A program made the translations under genes and the position numbers. This document shows positions 9,385 to 18,660 of a DNA stretch of 64,000 bases, piece by piece (within the stretch, counting starts at the first letter, position 1; each line of letters begins with the position of its first letter). Origin of the DNA: Verrucomicrobiia bacterium (GTDB lineage: Bacteria; Verrucomicrobiota; Verrucomicrobiia; Palsa-1439); the NCBI GenBank assembly GCA_049510215.1, contig JBEKZD010000002.1, forward strand, positions 30,167 to 94,166. Direction: 5' to 3'. Below the pieces are notes generated by a model, which saw only the letters and a list, made by a program, of their open reading frames with translations, ran no database searches and was not told where the DNA came from.

Positions 9385-10266
9385 ATGAATGCGAGAAATC
9401 AATTGCGAGTAATTACACACGGAACGAAGCGTCTGGCGTTGATGGGCGTTGCGCTGGTTGCAGGTGCCACCTGCTTGTTCGTCCAGAGCGCTCACGCCAC
9501 TCTATTGTACTCAGAAGGTTTCAACTACACGCCTGGGACCTATCTAGGCAATGTTGGCAATGGGTGGATGGGCGGGTCAAAGACCAATCTGCAGATTGGC
9601 ACCTCTGATCTGACTTATCCGGGTCTGTTCGATCAAGGCGGTAACTCCCTCGTTGTGAGCAACGGTACGAGCACCTTAAACTCGAATGTCTTCTCGGGCG
9701 GTCCGGTTACCAGCGGGAACCTCTATTACTCCTTCGTGATTAATGGCACCACCGCTGCCACTAACAACTCGTACATAACGGGGTTGGATCCCGTTGGCGG
9801 CAGCTTGACCGGCAGCTCTGACGCGCTGGCGGTTTATTACGGGACCAGCACCGCTGGCAATTATAGAATCGGAGTCCGGACTACGTCTGGCGGCACTGGT
9901 GCCGCTTATGCCAGCACAACGTTAGCGTTGGGCACCACTTACTTCCTCGTAACAGAATTCACGTTCAACGCCAATAATTTAGATACCATTAACCTTTTTA
10001 TCGATCCAGCTCCAGGCGGCACCCAACCCGGCACGCCTGATGCGACGCAGACTATGCTAACAGCGGATCCGACCATCAATATAGGCGACGTCGCCTTCAA
10101 GGCCCAAGGCGTTGCGTATGGCCAATGGACCGTCAATGATCTCAATATCGGCACGACGTGGGCGGATGTGACCCCTGTTGCTACTGTTGTGCCCGAACCC
10201 TCTACGCTCGCGTTGTTTGGCTTGGGTGTGCTCGGTTTGGTTTTCGCGCGTCGGATGCGCCGTTAA
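9385..10266 (+). CDS. PEP-CTERM sorting-domain protein
   Basis: Signal peptide (LALMGVALVAGATCLFVQSAHA). C-terminal VPEPSTLALFGLGVLGLVFARRMRR is a PEP motif, TM helix and basic tail. Confidence 0.85.
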   Translation: MNARNQLRVITHGTKRLALMGVALVAGATCLFVQSAHATLLYSEGFNYTPGTYLGNVGNGWMGGSKTNLQIGTSDLTYPGLFDQGGNSLVVSNGTSTLNSNVFSGGPVTSGNLYYSFVINGTTAATNNSYITGLDPVGGSLTGSSDALAVYYGTSTAGNYRIGVRTTSGGTGAAYASTTLALGTTYFLVTEFTFNANNLDTINLFIDPAPGGTQPGTPDATQTMLTADPTINIGDVAFKAQGVAYGQWTVNDLNIGTTWADVTPVATVVPEPSTLALFGLGVLGLVFARRMRR

Positions 10267-10289
10267 CCTCGGTTGCCGTTTTCTTCACG

Positions 10290-10325
10290 ACAGGCGCTGG
10301 CGGTTTCCCAGCGCCTGTTTGTTTT
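10290..10325 (+). terminator. Rho-independent terminator after the PEP-CTERM gene
   Basis: ACAGGCGCTGG-cggtttc-CCAGCGCCTGT followed by TTGTTTT. Confidence 0.6.
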
Positions 10326-10445
10326 CCAGCGCTGACTTCGCTGGAGCGTTTGGAATTCCGCCTTGAGGCGGCCAGACCGTGACTTTCTCACCAACCGCCT
10401 AAAAAGCGGAACTTCAAACAAATCCGTCGCGAGAACCGAAAAAAG

Positions 10446-12995
10446 ATGGAATCTGCAAGCACACCCGGACAGAATCGCCCGAAAAGCATGGCTGCACGCC
10501 AATCAGAGAAACGCTTCGCAGTGTCGGACGGCAAGGGCACGGTTCTGGGTGTGTGCGTCCTGTTGGCAGTGGCTGTATTCTTGGTCTTCGGCCAGACTCT
10601 CCGGCACAAGTTTATCAACTACGATGACGACGCTTACGTATGGAACAACCCGAAGGTCGTCAAGGGGTTGACATTCCAAGGAATCACATGGGCGTTCACC
10701 CACAGCCATTGCAATAACTGGCATCCCCTGACTTGGATGTCTCACATGCTGGACTGCCAGCTCTACGGACTGAATGCCGGAGGCCATCATTTTGCCAATG
10801 TCCTGCTCCATGCCGCAACAGCCATCCTGCTCTTTCTGGTGCTGCGACAGATGACCGGCGCTCTATGGCCCGGCGCCTTCGTGGCGGCGGTGTTTGCGAT
10901 CCACCCGCTACGGGTGGAATCAGTAGTCTGGGTGTCTGAGCGCAAGGACGTGCTCAGCGGATTGTTTTTCATGCTGACCCTTTTGATGTATGCGCGGCAC
11001 GCGCGGAGAAAGTCGGTCCTGGACTCTCGATTCTGGCCTCTCGATTACGGCCTGGCGTTGCTTTTTTTTGCGCTGGGTTTGATGAGCAAGCCGATGCTGG
11101 TGACGCTGCCGTTCGTGCTGTTGCTGTTGGATTACTGGCCGCTTCAACGATTCACGATTCGCAGTTCACGAAATGTAATTCTTCGTTTGGTCGTGGAGAA
11201 GCTGCCGTTCCTTTTGTTGAGCGCCGCCTCGTGTGCGGTGACTGTTCTGGTGCAAGGGGAAGCCGTCAAGTCAATGGTGGCGTTGCCTCTCGCCAGCCGG
11301 CTCGGCAACGCGTTGGTTTCCTATGTCACCTACCTCGTGCAGATGGTCTGGCCGGAGAATCTGGCCGTGTTTTATCCGTACCGACCTGACGTGCCGGTCT
11401 GGCAGGTGGCATGTTCCGGTGCGCTATTGTTGTCGGTAACCACGGTGGCGCTCCTGGCGGTGCGGCGACTTCCCTGTTTCTTGGTCGGCTGGCTTTGGTA
11501 TCTGGGGATGCTGGTGCCGGTGATCGGGCTGGTGCAGGTGGGTGACCAATCGCACGCGGATCGCTACACCTATTTGCCACAGATTGGGTTGTATCTCATT
11601 ATCGCCTGGATTGTGAGGGATTTGACGGTTTCGTGGCGTCATCGCCGTCAGATATTGGGCGCGGCGGCGTTCACTGTGATTGCGGCTTTGATGGTCTGCG
11701 CCCGGAAACAGACTTCGTATTGGCGGAACAGTGAATCGCTGTGGAACCACACCATCGCCTGCACCGCCGGAAATTACGTCGCCTATACTAACCTGGGCGC
11801 TACCATCGCTAATCGAGGCCGATTCCCCGAGGCCATCGAGTATTTTCAGAAGGCTCTTGAAATCAACCCTGATTCCGCCGAGACCCATAACGATTGGGGC
11901 AAAGTGCTTCTCGAGCAAGGCCGAACTGCTGAAGCTATCGAGCATTTTCAAAAGGCCGTTGAGATCGATCCTGACTGCGCAGAAGCGCATAACAACTTGG
12001 GCATCCTGCTTGCCGCACAAGGTCAAACCGCCCAGGCCATCAAGCATTACCAGATAGCAATTAAGCTCAACCCTGACCGCGCAGAGGTGTACAATAACTT
12101 GGGCAACGTGCTTGCCACGCAAGGCCGAACCGCCGAGGCCATCGAGCATTTTCAGAAAGCCCTTGAGATTGAGCCTTATTATGCCAAGGCCCATCACAAC
12201 TTGGCCAATGTACTCGCCGCGCAAGGCCGGCTGGATGAGGCCATCGCGCATTTTCAAAATGCTGTTGAACTCAGGCCCGATTACTCAGAGGCGCAGAATG
12301 ATTGGGGCACAATACTTCTTGAGCAGGGCAGGTTCGCAGAGGCCATGGAGCATTTCCAAAAGGCGGTTCAACTCAACCCCGACTTCGCTGGGGCGCACGA
12401 TAATTTGGCGGCCACGCTTGCCTTGCAGGGACGGCCCGCCGAGGCCATCGAGCATTACCAGAGATCCCTTCAAATCAAACCCGACAATGCCAAGGCCCGC
12501 TACAATCTGGCCAATATACTTGCCGCCCAAGGACGGTTGGACGAAGCCACCGAGCACTACCAGCGGGCGCTGGAATTGATGCCGAACTTCACTCACGCTC
12601 TCTATCAACTCGGCCTTGTGCTGCAAAGCCAGGGAAAGTTTGCGGCAGCGATCGCGCAGTTTCAGAAAATCCTTGAACTTGATCCCCGTCACGTGTCGGC
12701 TCAAAACAATCTGGCCTGGCTGCTGGCGACCTGTCCGGAAGCGTCGCTGCGGAATGGCAACAGGGCGACTGCACTGGCGCGGCAAGCGGAGCAACTTTCC
12801 GGGGGTGGGTCACCGCAAATTCTGGATACGTTGGCCGCGGCCTATGCCGAGGCCGGGCATTACCCGGAAGCGATTGAAACAGCCGACCGAGCCCTACAAT
12901 TGGCGGGCGCCCAGCACAATGCCGTTCTGGCCGCCGCCATCCGGATGCGGCTCAAGCTTTATGCAACGCATTCTCCATACCGCGAAAAACCGTAG
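10446..12995 (+). CDS. Polytopic membrane domain (TMTC/PMT-like glycosyltransferase fold) fused to a long TPR array
   Basis: N-terminal FINYDDDAYVWNNPKVVKGL...WHPLTWMSHMLD followed by about 10 TM segments. The C-terminal half is regular 34-aa TPR units (AIEHFQKALEI.PD.AEAHNNLG). The start could be the internal Met near 10488. Confidence 0.7.
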   Translation: MESASTPGQNRPKSMAARQSEKRFAVSDGKGTVLGVCVLLAVAVFLVFGQTLRHKFINYDDDAYVWNNPKVVKGLTFQGITWAFTHSHCNNWHPLTWMSHMLDCQLYGLNAGGHHFANVLLHAATAILLFLVLRQMTGALWPGAFVAAVFAIHPLRVESVVWVSERKDVLSGLFFMLTLLMYARHARRKSVLDSRFWPLDYGLALLFFALGLMSKPMLVTLPFVLLLLDYWPLQRFTIRSSRNVILRLVVEKLPFLLLSAASCAVTVLVQGEAVKSMVALPLASRLGNALVSYVTYLVQMVWPENLAVFYPYRPDVPVWQVACSGALLLSVTTVALLAVRRLPCFLVGWLWYLGMLVPVIGLVQVGDQSHADRYTYLPQIGLYLIIAWIVRDLTVSWRHRRQILGAAAFTVIAALMVCARKQTSYWRNSESLWNHTIACTAGNYVAYTNLGATIANRGRFPEAIEYFQKALEINPDSAETHNDWGKVLLEQGRTAEAIEHFQKAVEIDPDCAEAHNNLGILLAAQGQTAQAIKHYQIAIKLNPDRAEVYNNLGNVLATQGRTAEAIEHFQKALEIEPYYAKAHHNLANVLAAQGRLDEAIAHFQNAVELRPDYSEAQNDWGTILLEQGRFAEAMEHFQKAVQLNPDFAGAHDNLAATLALQGRPAEAIEHYQRSLQIKPDNAKARYNLANILAAQGRLDEATEHYQRALELMPNFTHALYQLGLVLQSQGKFAAAIAQFQKILELDPRHVSAQNNLAWLLATCPEASLRNGNRATALARQAEQLSGGGSPQILDTLAAAYAEAGHYPEAIETADRALQLAGAQHNAVLAAAIRMRLKLYATHSPYREKP
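11790..12640 (+). repeat. Coding tandem repeats with 102-bp period (TPR units)
   Basis: gaggccatcgagcattttcagaa-like blocks recur near 11832, 11932, 12034, 12136, 12238, 12340, 12442 and 12544. Confidence 0.8.
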
Positions 12996-13157
12996 CGTTC
13001 TGTGCATCGCTCACTTGGTTGGTCGGCCTGCAAAGATGCACGTCACCCATCGGCTACCGATAGAGCAAGCGCGGCGAGGCGCGGTCATCTTCGTTGCCTC
13101 TCAACAGCGGAGATAAAATCTTTCCAAGCCGACAGAAAATCGCTACAAAACTCCGGC

Positions 13158-14903
13158 ATGACAGCGCAAGCACTGCTGTTCGGTAACAAACCTGTGGACA
13201 GATTTCTTCGCTGGTTTGCGGTCAGGCCGGGACTGACGCTGACCTTGGCGGTGTTGGCCGCTCTAGGCCCGTTCATCACCAAGCCGTTCAACATTGACGA
13301 CCCGATGTCTATCTGGGTAGCTCGGCAAATACAAGCCCACCCAGCCAACCCCTATGGGTATGAGGTGAACTGGTTTGGGTTTGTATCGCCGATGTCAGAG
13401 GTCTCTACGAACCCGCCGCTGTCCTGTTATTACCTGGCGATGGCGGCGGCGATCCTTGGTTGGAGTGAACCCGCGCTGCACTTCGCGTTCCTGCTGCCTG
13501 CGGTGGCGGCGATTCTGGGCACGTACCGGTTGGCGCGTCACTTCTGCGGCCGACCCCTGCTCGCCGCGTGCGCAACCCTTTTCACACCTGCCTTTCTGGT
13601 CTGCGGCACCACGCTGATGTGCGACACGTTGACGTCGGCGTTTTGGGTGTGGGCGATCGTGCTATGGGTCGAAGGGATGGAGCGCGACGACTTTTGGCGG
13701 CTGGCGGGTTCAGGGTTATTAATGGCGCTGGCCGCGCTCACAAAATACTTTGGTGCCTGTCTCATTCCGTTGCTGGCCACTTACAGCCTTACCGGCCAAC
13801 GCCGAATAGGGCGCTGCGCGGGATGTCTCCTCATTCCGATCGCTGCGCTGGCCGCCTATCAATGGGCCACATACGCCCTCTATGGAAAAGGCCTGTTGTC
13901 CTCCGCCGTGGATTGGACCATGACCACCAAGGCGGCTAGCGGGGTCTCGGTCGCGGCCAGCGGCCTGACCGCGCTGGCCTTCACGGGCGGTTGCTTGGCG
14001 GTGGCGACGTTTCTCGCGCCCCTACTGTGGCGGACGCGGGTCTTGGTTGGATTCGCCACTGGTGTGGTTTTGTTTGCCGCCGTGCTCTTCATCGAAAACA
14101 CGATGTTGAAAAAATACGATTCGTTGTCAGGCATTTCCCGGACGGACCTAGAAGTTCAAATCGTTTTCTGGGCCGTCGGCGGAGTGAGTGTGCTGGGACT
14201 GGCGGTTGCGGATGTGTGGCATTGGCGCGACCCCCGGTCGTGCTTGTTGGCGTTGTGGGTGTTCGGCGCATTCCTGTTTACCGCGTTTGTCAACTGGGCT
14301 GTAAATGGCCGTTCGATACTGCCGATGGCACCGGCGGTGGGAATTCTGCTTGCACGGCGGTTGGAACAAGGTGCGCTGACGGGCAAAAACCCCCGACAGT
14401 GGGACGTATTGATTTGCCTTGTGGTGGGCGCCGCGCTCGCCCTATTGGTGGCCCGCGCGGATTTCCTTTTTGCCACCGCTGTCCGCCAGAGCGCGGAACG
14501 AACCCACGCCAAATATGGGCGAGGACGGGAGACACTATGGTTTGAGGGCCACTGGGGGTTTCAGTACTATATGGAAAAACTCGGTTCGAAGGCGGTGGCA
14601 ACAAGGCAATCTGTGGCCAAACAAGGCGATTTTCTGGCCATTCCTTTGAACAACACCAACGTATATCCGCCCGATCGCAAATACGCACTCTTGCTAGAGG
14701 TTTTGTCGATCCACGGGCCGCGCTGGCTTACGACGACCAGCGACCAAGTTGGAGCCGGCTTTCATTCTTCAGTTTGGGGACCGTTGCCTTTTGTCTTTGG
14801 CCGTGTCCCGCCGGAAAGAGTGTTTATGTACGTCATCGGGCCAACGCCTCCGATATCCCAAGCTGTGGGTCTCCGAGACACGAACGTCAACGCGTCACAA
14901 TGA
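13158..14903 (+). CDS. Polytopic membrane protein, glycosyltransferase family 39/83-like (ArnT/PMT-like)
   Basis: Many TM helices with an early loop FNIDDPMSIWVARQIQAHPANPY. ATG at 13158 is preferred over the track start at 13002, because the extension is Arg-rich and non-membrane. Confidence 0.5.
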   Translation: MTAQALLFGNKPVDRFLRWFAVRPGLTLTLAVLAALGPFITKPFNIDDPMSIWVARQIQAHPANPYGYEVNWFGFVSPMSEVSTNPPLSCYYLAMAAAILGWSEPALHFAFLLPAVAAILGTYRLARHFCGRPLLAACATLFTPAFLVCGTTLMCDTLTSAFWVWAIVLWVEGMERDDFWRLAGSGLLMALAALTKYFGACLIPLLATYSLTGQRRIGRCAGCLLIPIAALAAYQWATYALYGKGLLSSAVDWTMTTKAASGVSVAASGLTALAFTGGCLAVATFLAPLLWRTRVLVGFATGVVLFAAVLFIENTMLKKYDSLSGISRTDLEVQIVFWAVGGVSVLGLAVADVWHWRDPRSCLLALWVFGAFLFTAFVNWAVNGRSILPMAPAVGILLARRLEQGALTGKNPRQWDVLICLVVGAALALLVARADFLFATAVRQSAERTHAKYGRGRETLWFEGHWGFQYYMEKLGSKAVATRQSVAKQGDFLAIPLNNTNVYPPDRKYALLLEVLSIHGPRWLTTTSDQVGAGFHSSVWGPLPFVFGRVPPERVFMYVIGPTPPISQAVGLRDTNVNASQ

Positions 14904-15617
14904 CCGACGCCGTTCGTAGCCGCCATGTAGCTCTTGGTTGGGTTTCGCTTGCACGACAGCGAGGATTCGTTGCGGAAGTAAGTAAGAAACAATGGAACCT
15001 GGTCGTCACCGTGATCCCATCGAGCGTTGTGCTAACGACGGGACCTCTGGTTTGCTACCGGGTCGTATAGCGTGTCAGGCACGGGAAGCAAAGAACAGCC
15101 ACACCCGTGCTGCTCGCCGACGGTGACCGGCTGCATTTTACACACGTCTCGGACGATTGACCCCGGTCCCGCGAAGGGCGATCGGGTGATGAGCGATCAG
15201 AGGGAAGTGACGGTTAGGACGTTGTCTGTCGCGGCACAGGATCGGCAGTCCTGCTCCAGAGTCTCCCCTAGATGCCCATCCGCGGCATCCCCTGCGAAAT
15301 GTCTCGATCACCGCTCGGAGCGGCACGGCTTGGGTCAGCGTGATATTGAATGGGCTGGTTCGAGGCATGAGCGCGTCCTGCCACGATCCGGCCAAAAAGA
15401 CAAGTCATATTACGTTGGTGTATTTATGAAAATGGGCACTAAGGATCGCTGGTTTACCGAGGGGCTGCGCAGTCGTTGCTGTAAGTCGCCGGGCGGGGTT
15501 GTCGAGCAAGGCGACCATCTACGGGCAAGCGATGGTGCTCAGGTCAGTAATAGCCGTCGCAAGCGACAGCCAGACGATGAAACCGCCTTGCTCTCGCCTG
15601 CTTCCGATGTATGATGA

Positions 15618-17213
15618 GTGGCGTCTCGATCATTGGTCATGCACGAAACCCAACTGCCGCAGAACCCACTGCGTGAGGGGCTCATCAGCCGACGGACACC
15701 AGAGCCGTGCGTGCTGGTGATTTTCGGCGCGACGGGCGACCTCACACATCGCAAGCTCGTCCCGGCGTTGTACAATCTCGCCCACGAAGGACAGCTTCCG
15801 TCGTCGCTCGGCATTGTCGGATTTGCCCGCCGCCCGAAGACCAACGAAGAGTTCCGCGTGGAACTCCAGCAAGGCGTTCAACAATTCTCGCGCTTCAGCC
15901 CGATCAATCCCGCTGGAAGCGGGATCAATCCGGCCGTGTGGGAGGCGTTCGCGCAAGGCATCTACTATCATCGTTCCGAGTTTGCCGACGATAAGGGCTA
16001 CGACTCGTTGGGCAAGGTTCTGGAGCAAATCGATCGCACGCACGGCACGGCGGGCAATCGCCTGTTCTATCTGGCGACCGCGCCGACGGATTTTGCACAG
16101 ATCATCCGGCAACTCGGCGCTCACAGGCTCGTCGAACGAGGTCACCGCCATCATGCAGCCCAACGCATCATCGTCGAGAAACCTTTTGGCAGCAGCCTCG
16201 ACACAGCGCGCGAACTCAATCACGTGTTGGCGGGCGCGTTCGACGAGCAGCAAATCTTCCGCATCGACCATTACCTCGGCAAGGAGACCGTCCAGAACAT
16301 CCTGGCGATGCGGTTCGCCAACGAGATCTTCGAGCCGCTGTGGAATCAGAAATACATCGACCACGTTCAGATCACCGTGGCCGAATCCATCGGCGTCGAG
16401 GGGCGCGGCGCGTATTACGACAACTCGGGCGCGCTGCGCGACATGGTGCAGAACCACATGATGCAGTTGCTCTCGCTGGTGGCGATGGAGCCGCCCATCG
16501 CGCTGGAAGCAGAGGATATCCGCGACGAGAAGGTGAAAGTGCTGCGCTCGATTCGTCCGATTGCGCCCGCGCAGGTCCAGCAATCCACCTTGCGCGGCCA
16601 GTACGACCGCGGCTCGATCGCGGGGAAACAGGTTGTCGCCTACCACGACGAACCGAAAGTCGCTCCCGACTCGCGCACCGAGACGTTCGTCGCGCTGAAA
16701 CTGTTTCTCGACAACTGGCGCTGGGCGGGCGTGCCCTTTTACCTGCGCCACGGCAAACGCCTGCCCAAACAGGTCGCGGAGATCGCGATCCAGTTCAAAG
16801 CGCCACCGGCGGTGCTCTTTGCGGCCGAACAAGCCGCGCCGTTGCAGCCCAACGTGCTCGTGCTCCGCATTCAGCCCGACGAAGGCATCGCCATCCGCAT
16901 GAACGCGAAAGTCCCCGGCACGGCACTGAACATTCAGCCGGTGAAAATGGATTTTCGTTACGGCGGCAGCTTCGGCGCGCTGTCGCCAGACGCGTACGAA
17001 CGGCTGTTGCATGACGCGATCGTCGGCGACTCCACGTTGTTCACACGCCGCGATGAGGTGGAGTGCTCGTGGTCGATCATGGACGCGATCCTCGAAGGCT
17101 GGTCCCGCAGTCGCGGGACGCCACCACCCGTCGCGTACGAAGCGGGCACTTGGGGGCCAGCCGAAGCGGACAAGTTCATCGAACGCGATGGGCGTCAGTG
17201 GAGAAGACCGTGA
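15618..17213 (+). CDS. zwf: Glucose-6-phosphate 1-dehydrogenase
   Basis: VIFGATGDLTHRKLVPALYNL (NADP site) and RIDHYLGKE active-site block. GTG at 15618 or ATG at 15639. Confidence 0.95.
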   Translation: MASRSLVMHETQLPQNPLREGLISRRTPEPCVLVIFGATGDLTHRKLVPALYNLAHEGQLPSSLGIVGFARRPKTNEEFRVELQQGVQQFSRFSPINPAGSGINPAVWEAFAQGIYYHRSEFADDKGYDSLGKVLEQIDRTHGTAGNRLFYLATAPTDFAQIIRQLGAHRLVERGHRHHAAQRIIVEKPFGSSLDTARELNHVLAGAFDEQQIFRIDHYLGKETVQNILAMRFANEIFEPLWNQKYIDHVQITVAESIGVEGRGAYYDNSGALRDMVQNHMMQLLSLVAMEPPIALEAEDIRDEKVKVLRSIRPIAPAQVQQSTLRGQYDRGSIAGKQVVAYHDEPKVAPDSRTETFVALKLFLDNWRWAGVPFYLRHGKRLPKQVAEIAIQFKAPPAVLFAAEQAAPLQPNVLVLRIQPDEGIAIRMNAKVPGTALNIQPVKMDFRYGGSFGALSPDAYERLLHDAIVGDSTLFTRRDEVECSWSIMDAILEGWSRSRGTPPPVAYEAGTWGPAEADKFIERDGRQWRRP

Positions 17214-17222
17214 GACCAGATT

Positions 17223-17310
17223 CAACTCTCAACGCACAACGCACAACGCACAACGTTCAACGAACTCTCCGGTCAGATGTTGGATGTTGGACGTTGGATG
17301 TTGGATGTTC
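17223..17310 (+). repeat. Two opposed blocks of heptanucleotide tandem repeats in the zwf-opcA spacer
   Basis: Block 1 is six CAACnnn heptads: CAACTCT, CAACGCA x3, CAACGTT, CAACGAA. An 11-nt spacer follows. Block 2 is five heptads: GATGTTG x2, GACGTTG, GATGTTG, GATGTTC. Confidence 0.85.
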
Positions 17311-17332
17311 ACGCCGTTAGGCGGTTGCAACC

Positions 17333-18448
17333 ATGCCCAATCCTGCCCAACTCGAAACTTTCACCGCTGGCGCCGAGACAGCCGTCGACGTCGCGCACAT
17401 TGAGCGGCAGCTCCACGAGTTGTGGCAGTTCGCCGCCGAATCTGAGACAGATCCGGCGCGGCGCGCCATCACGCGCGCCAGTCTGTTCAATCTCGTGGCG
17501 TTATGCGAAACGGATGCCGACCGCGATCATGCCACCGAGACGATCAGCGCGTTGACCAGCCGCCATCCGTGCCGCGCGATTGTTGTACTCGCCAACCCGA
17601 ACGAACCGCGCGCTGAACTGTCGGCGTCGATCACCGCGCATTGTCATCTCGCGGGCGGCGGTCAGAAACAGGTCTGCTGCGAACAGATCTCGATCTATGC
17701 GTCGGGAGAAAGCACGGGGCAGCTTGCCTCGGCCGTGCTGCCGCTGCTGGAGTCCGATCTGCCGACCGTGATCTGGTGGCAGGGAATTTTCATGGCGAGA
17801 CCCGGATTATTCCGTCGCCTGATCGCCGTCACTGACAAGTTGATTTACGACACGTCAACGTGGGAGGCATCCGAACTGTTTCTTGGCGCCTTGTCGCAAG
17901 TCTCAGTCGATCAACCGCGCTGGAGCCCCGCTCTGAGCGGGACAAGCTTTGCGGACCTGAGTTGGACGCGGCTGGGGTTCTGGCGCAAACTCACGGCCGA
18001 ATGTTTTGATGATCCGCAATGTCGCGCGGCGCTGGATCGGATTCGGTCAGTCGAAATCGCGCACGGCAGCAGGCCCGGGGCGCGGTTGCGCGCGTTGCTG
18101 TACGGCAGTTGGTTGGCAGCGCAACTCCGCTGGACGCCACGCGATGCCGCTGCGAAGGTACGCCTCAGCAGCCGAAAAGATGCGGACGCGACGGCCGCCG
18201 GGTTGCTGTCCGTCGAACTGAAGACCGACGACGCCACGATTTGCATCCGCAAGAATTACGGCGAACTTACCGCCAGCGCGCAGGTCACGATGTCCAATGT
18301 CTGCGGTCTGCCGCGCAAACGGGCATTCTGGCCGACGGACGATGCTTCGCTGTTATCGCAGGAACTCGATCGCTTCGCGCCCGATTCCGTGTACAAGGAC
18401 GTGCTGGCGATGGCCGCCGCGCTGGTTCCGCTCCTGCCCGAAAGGTAG
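17333..18448 (+). CDS. opcA: OpcA-like glucose-6-phosphate dehydrogenase assembly/effector protein
   Basis: Lies directly downstream of zwf. Blocks RASLFNLVA, SRHPCRAIVV, CCEQISI and LPLLESDLPTVIWWQG match my memory of OpcA family conservation. Confidence 0.7.
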   Translation: MPNPAQLETFTAGAETAVDVAHIERQLHELWQFAAESETDPARRAITRASLFNLVALCETDADRDHATETISALTSRHPCRAIVVLANPNEPRAELSASITAHCHLAGGGQKQVCCEQISIYASGESTGQLASAVLPLLESDLPTVIWWQGIFMARPGLFRRLIAVTDKLIYDTSTWEASELFLGALSQVSVDQPRWSPALSGTSFADLSWTRLGFWRKLTAECFDDPQCRAALDRIRSVEIAHGSRPGARLRALLYGSWLAAQLRWTPRDAAAKVRLSSRKDADATAAGLLSVELKTDDATICIRKNYGELTASAQVTMSNVCGLPRKRAFWPTDDASLLSQELDRFAPDSVYKDVLAMAAALVPLLPER

Positions 18449-18465
18449 CGGGAGTTTTTCGATCG

Positions 18466-18531
18466 GTGGCACAGGCGTCTCTGCCTGTGCCAAGATGTCC
18501 GCCTGCCGCAGGCAGGGACGCCTGCGCCACC
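18466..18531. repeat. 66-bp palindromic REP-like element
   Basis: GGTGGCACAGGCGTCTCTGCCTGTGCC...CCGCAGGCAGGGACGCCTGCGCCACC. The two halves are reverse complements apart from 3 positions, and each half is itself a hairpin. Confidence 0.75.
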
Positions 18532-18660
18532 AAGACAAGAGTCATAGTGGATGCGCGGATTGCCTTGTTGATTTTCTGGCTGAAATGCGCTTGAGTTGAC
18601 GGCGGGCGGCGGACGGTGCCCCGTCGAAGCCCGCCTTGCGCCCAGGCACGGGGGAGGTCA

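Noticed and set aside
11790-12640. Regularly spaced DNA repeats that could be mistaken for a CRISPR-like array; the same applies to the PKD repeats at about 7650-8700.
   Set aside because: The period is 102 bp with no unique spacers, the repeats are in frame within a continuous ORF and they translate to TPR units. They are coding repeats, not CRISPR.
15072-15614. 180-aa plus-strand ORF upstream of zwf as a real gene.
   Set aside because: It has a Cys/Arg/Ser-rich composition, no RBS and no recognisable motif. The region is kept only as an unexplained gap (see findings).
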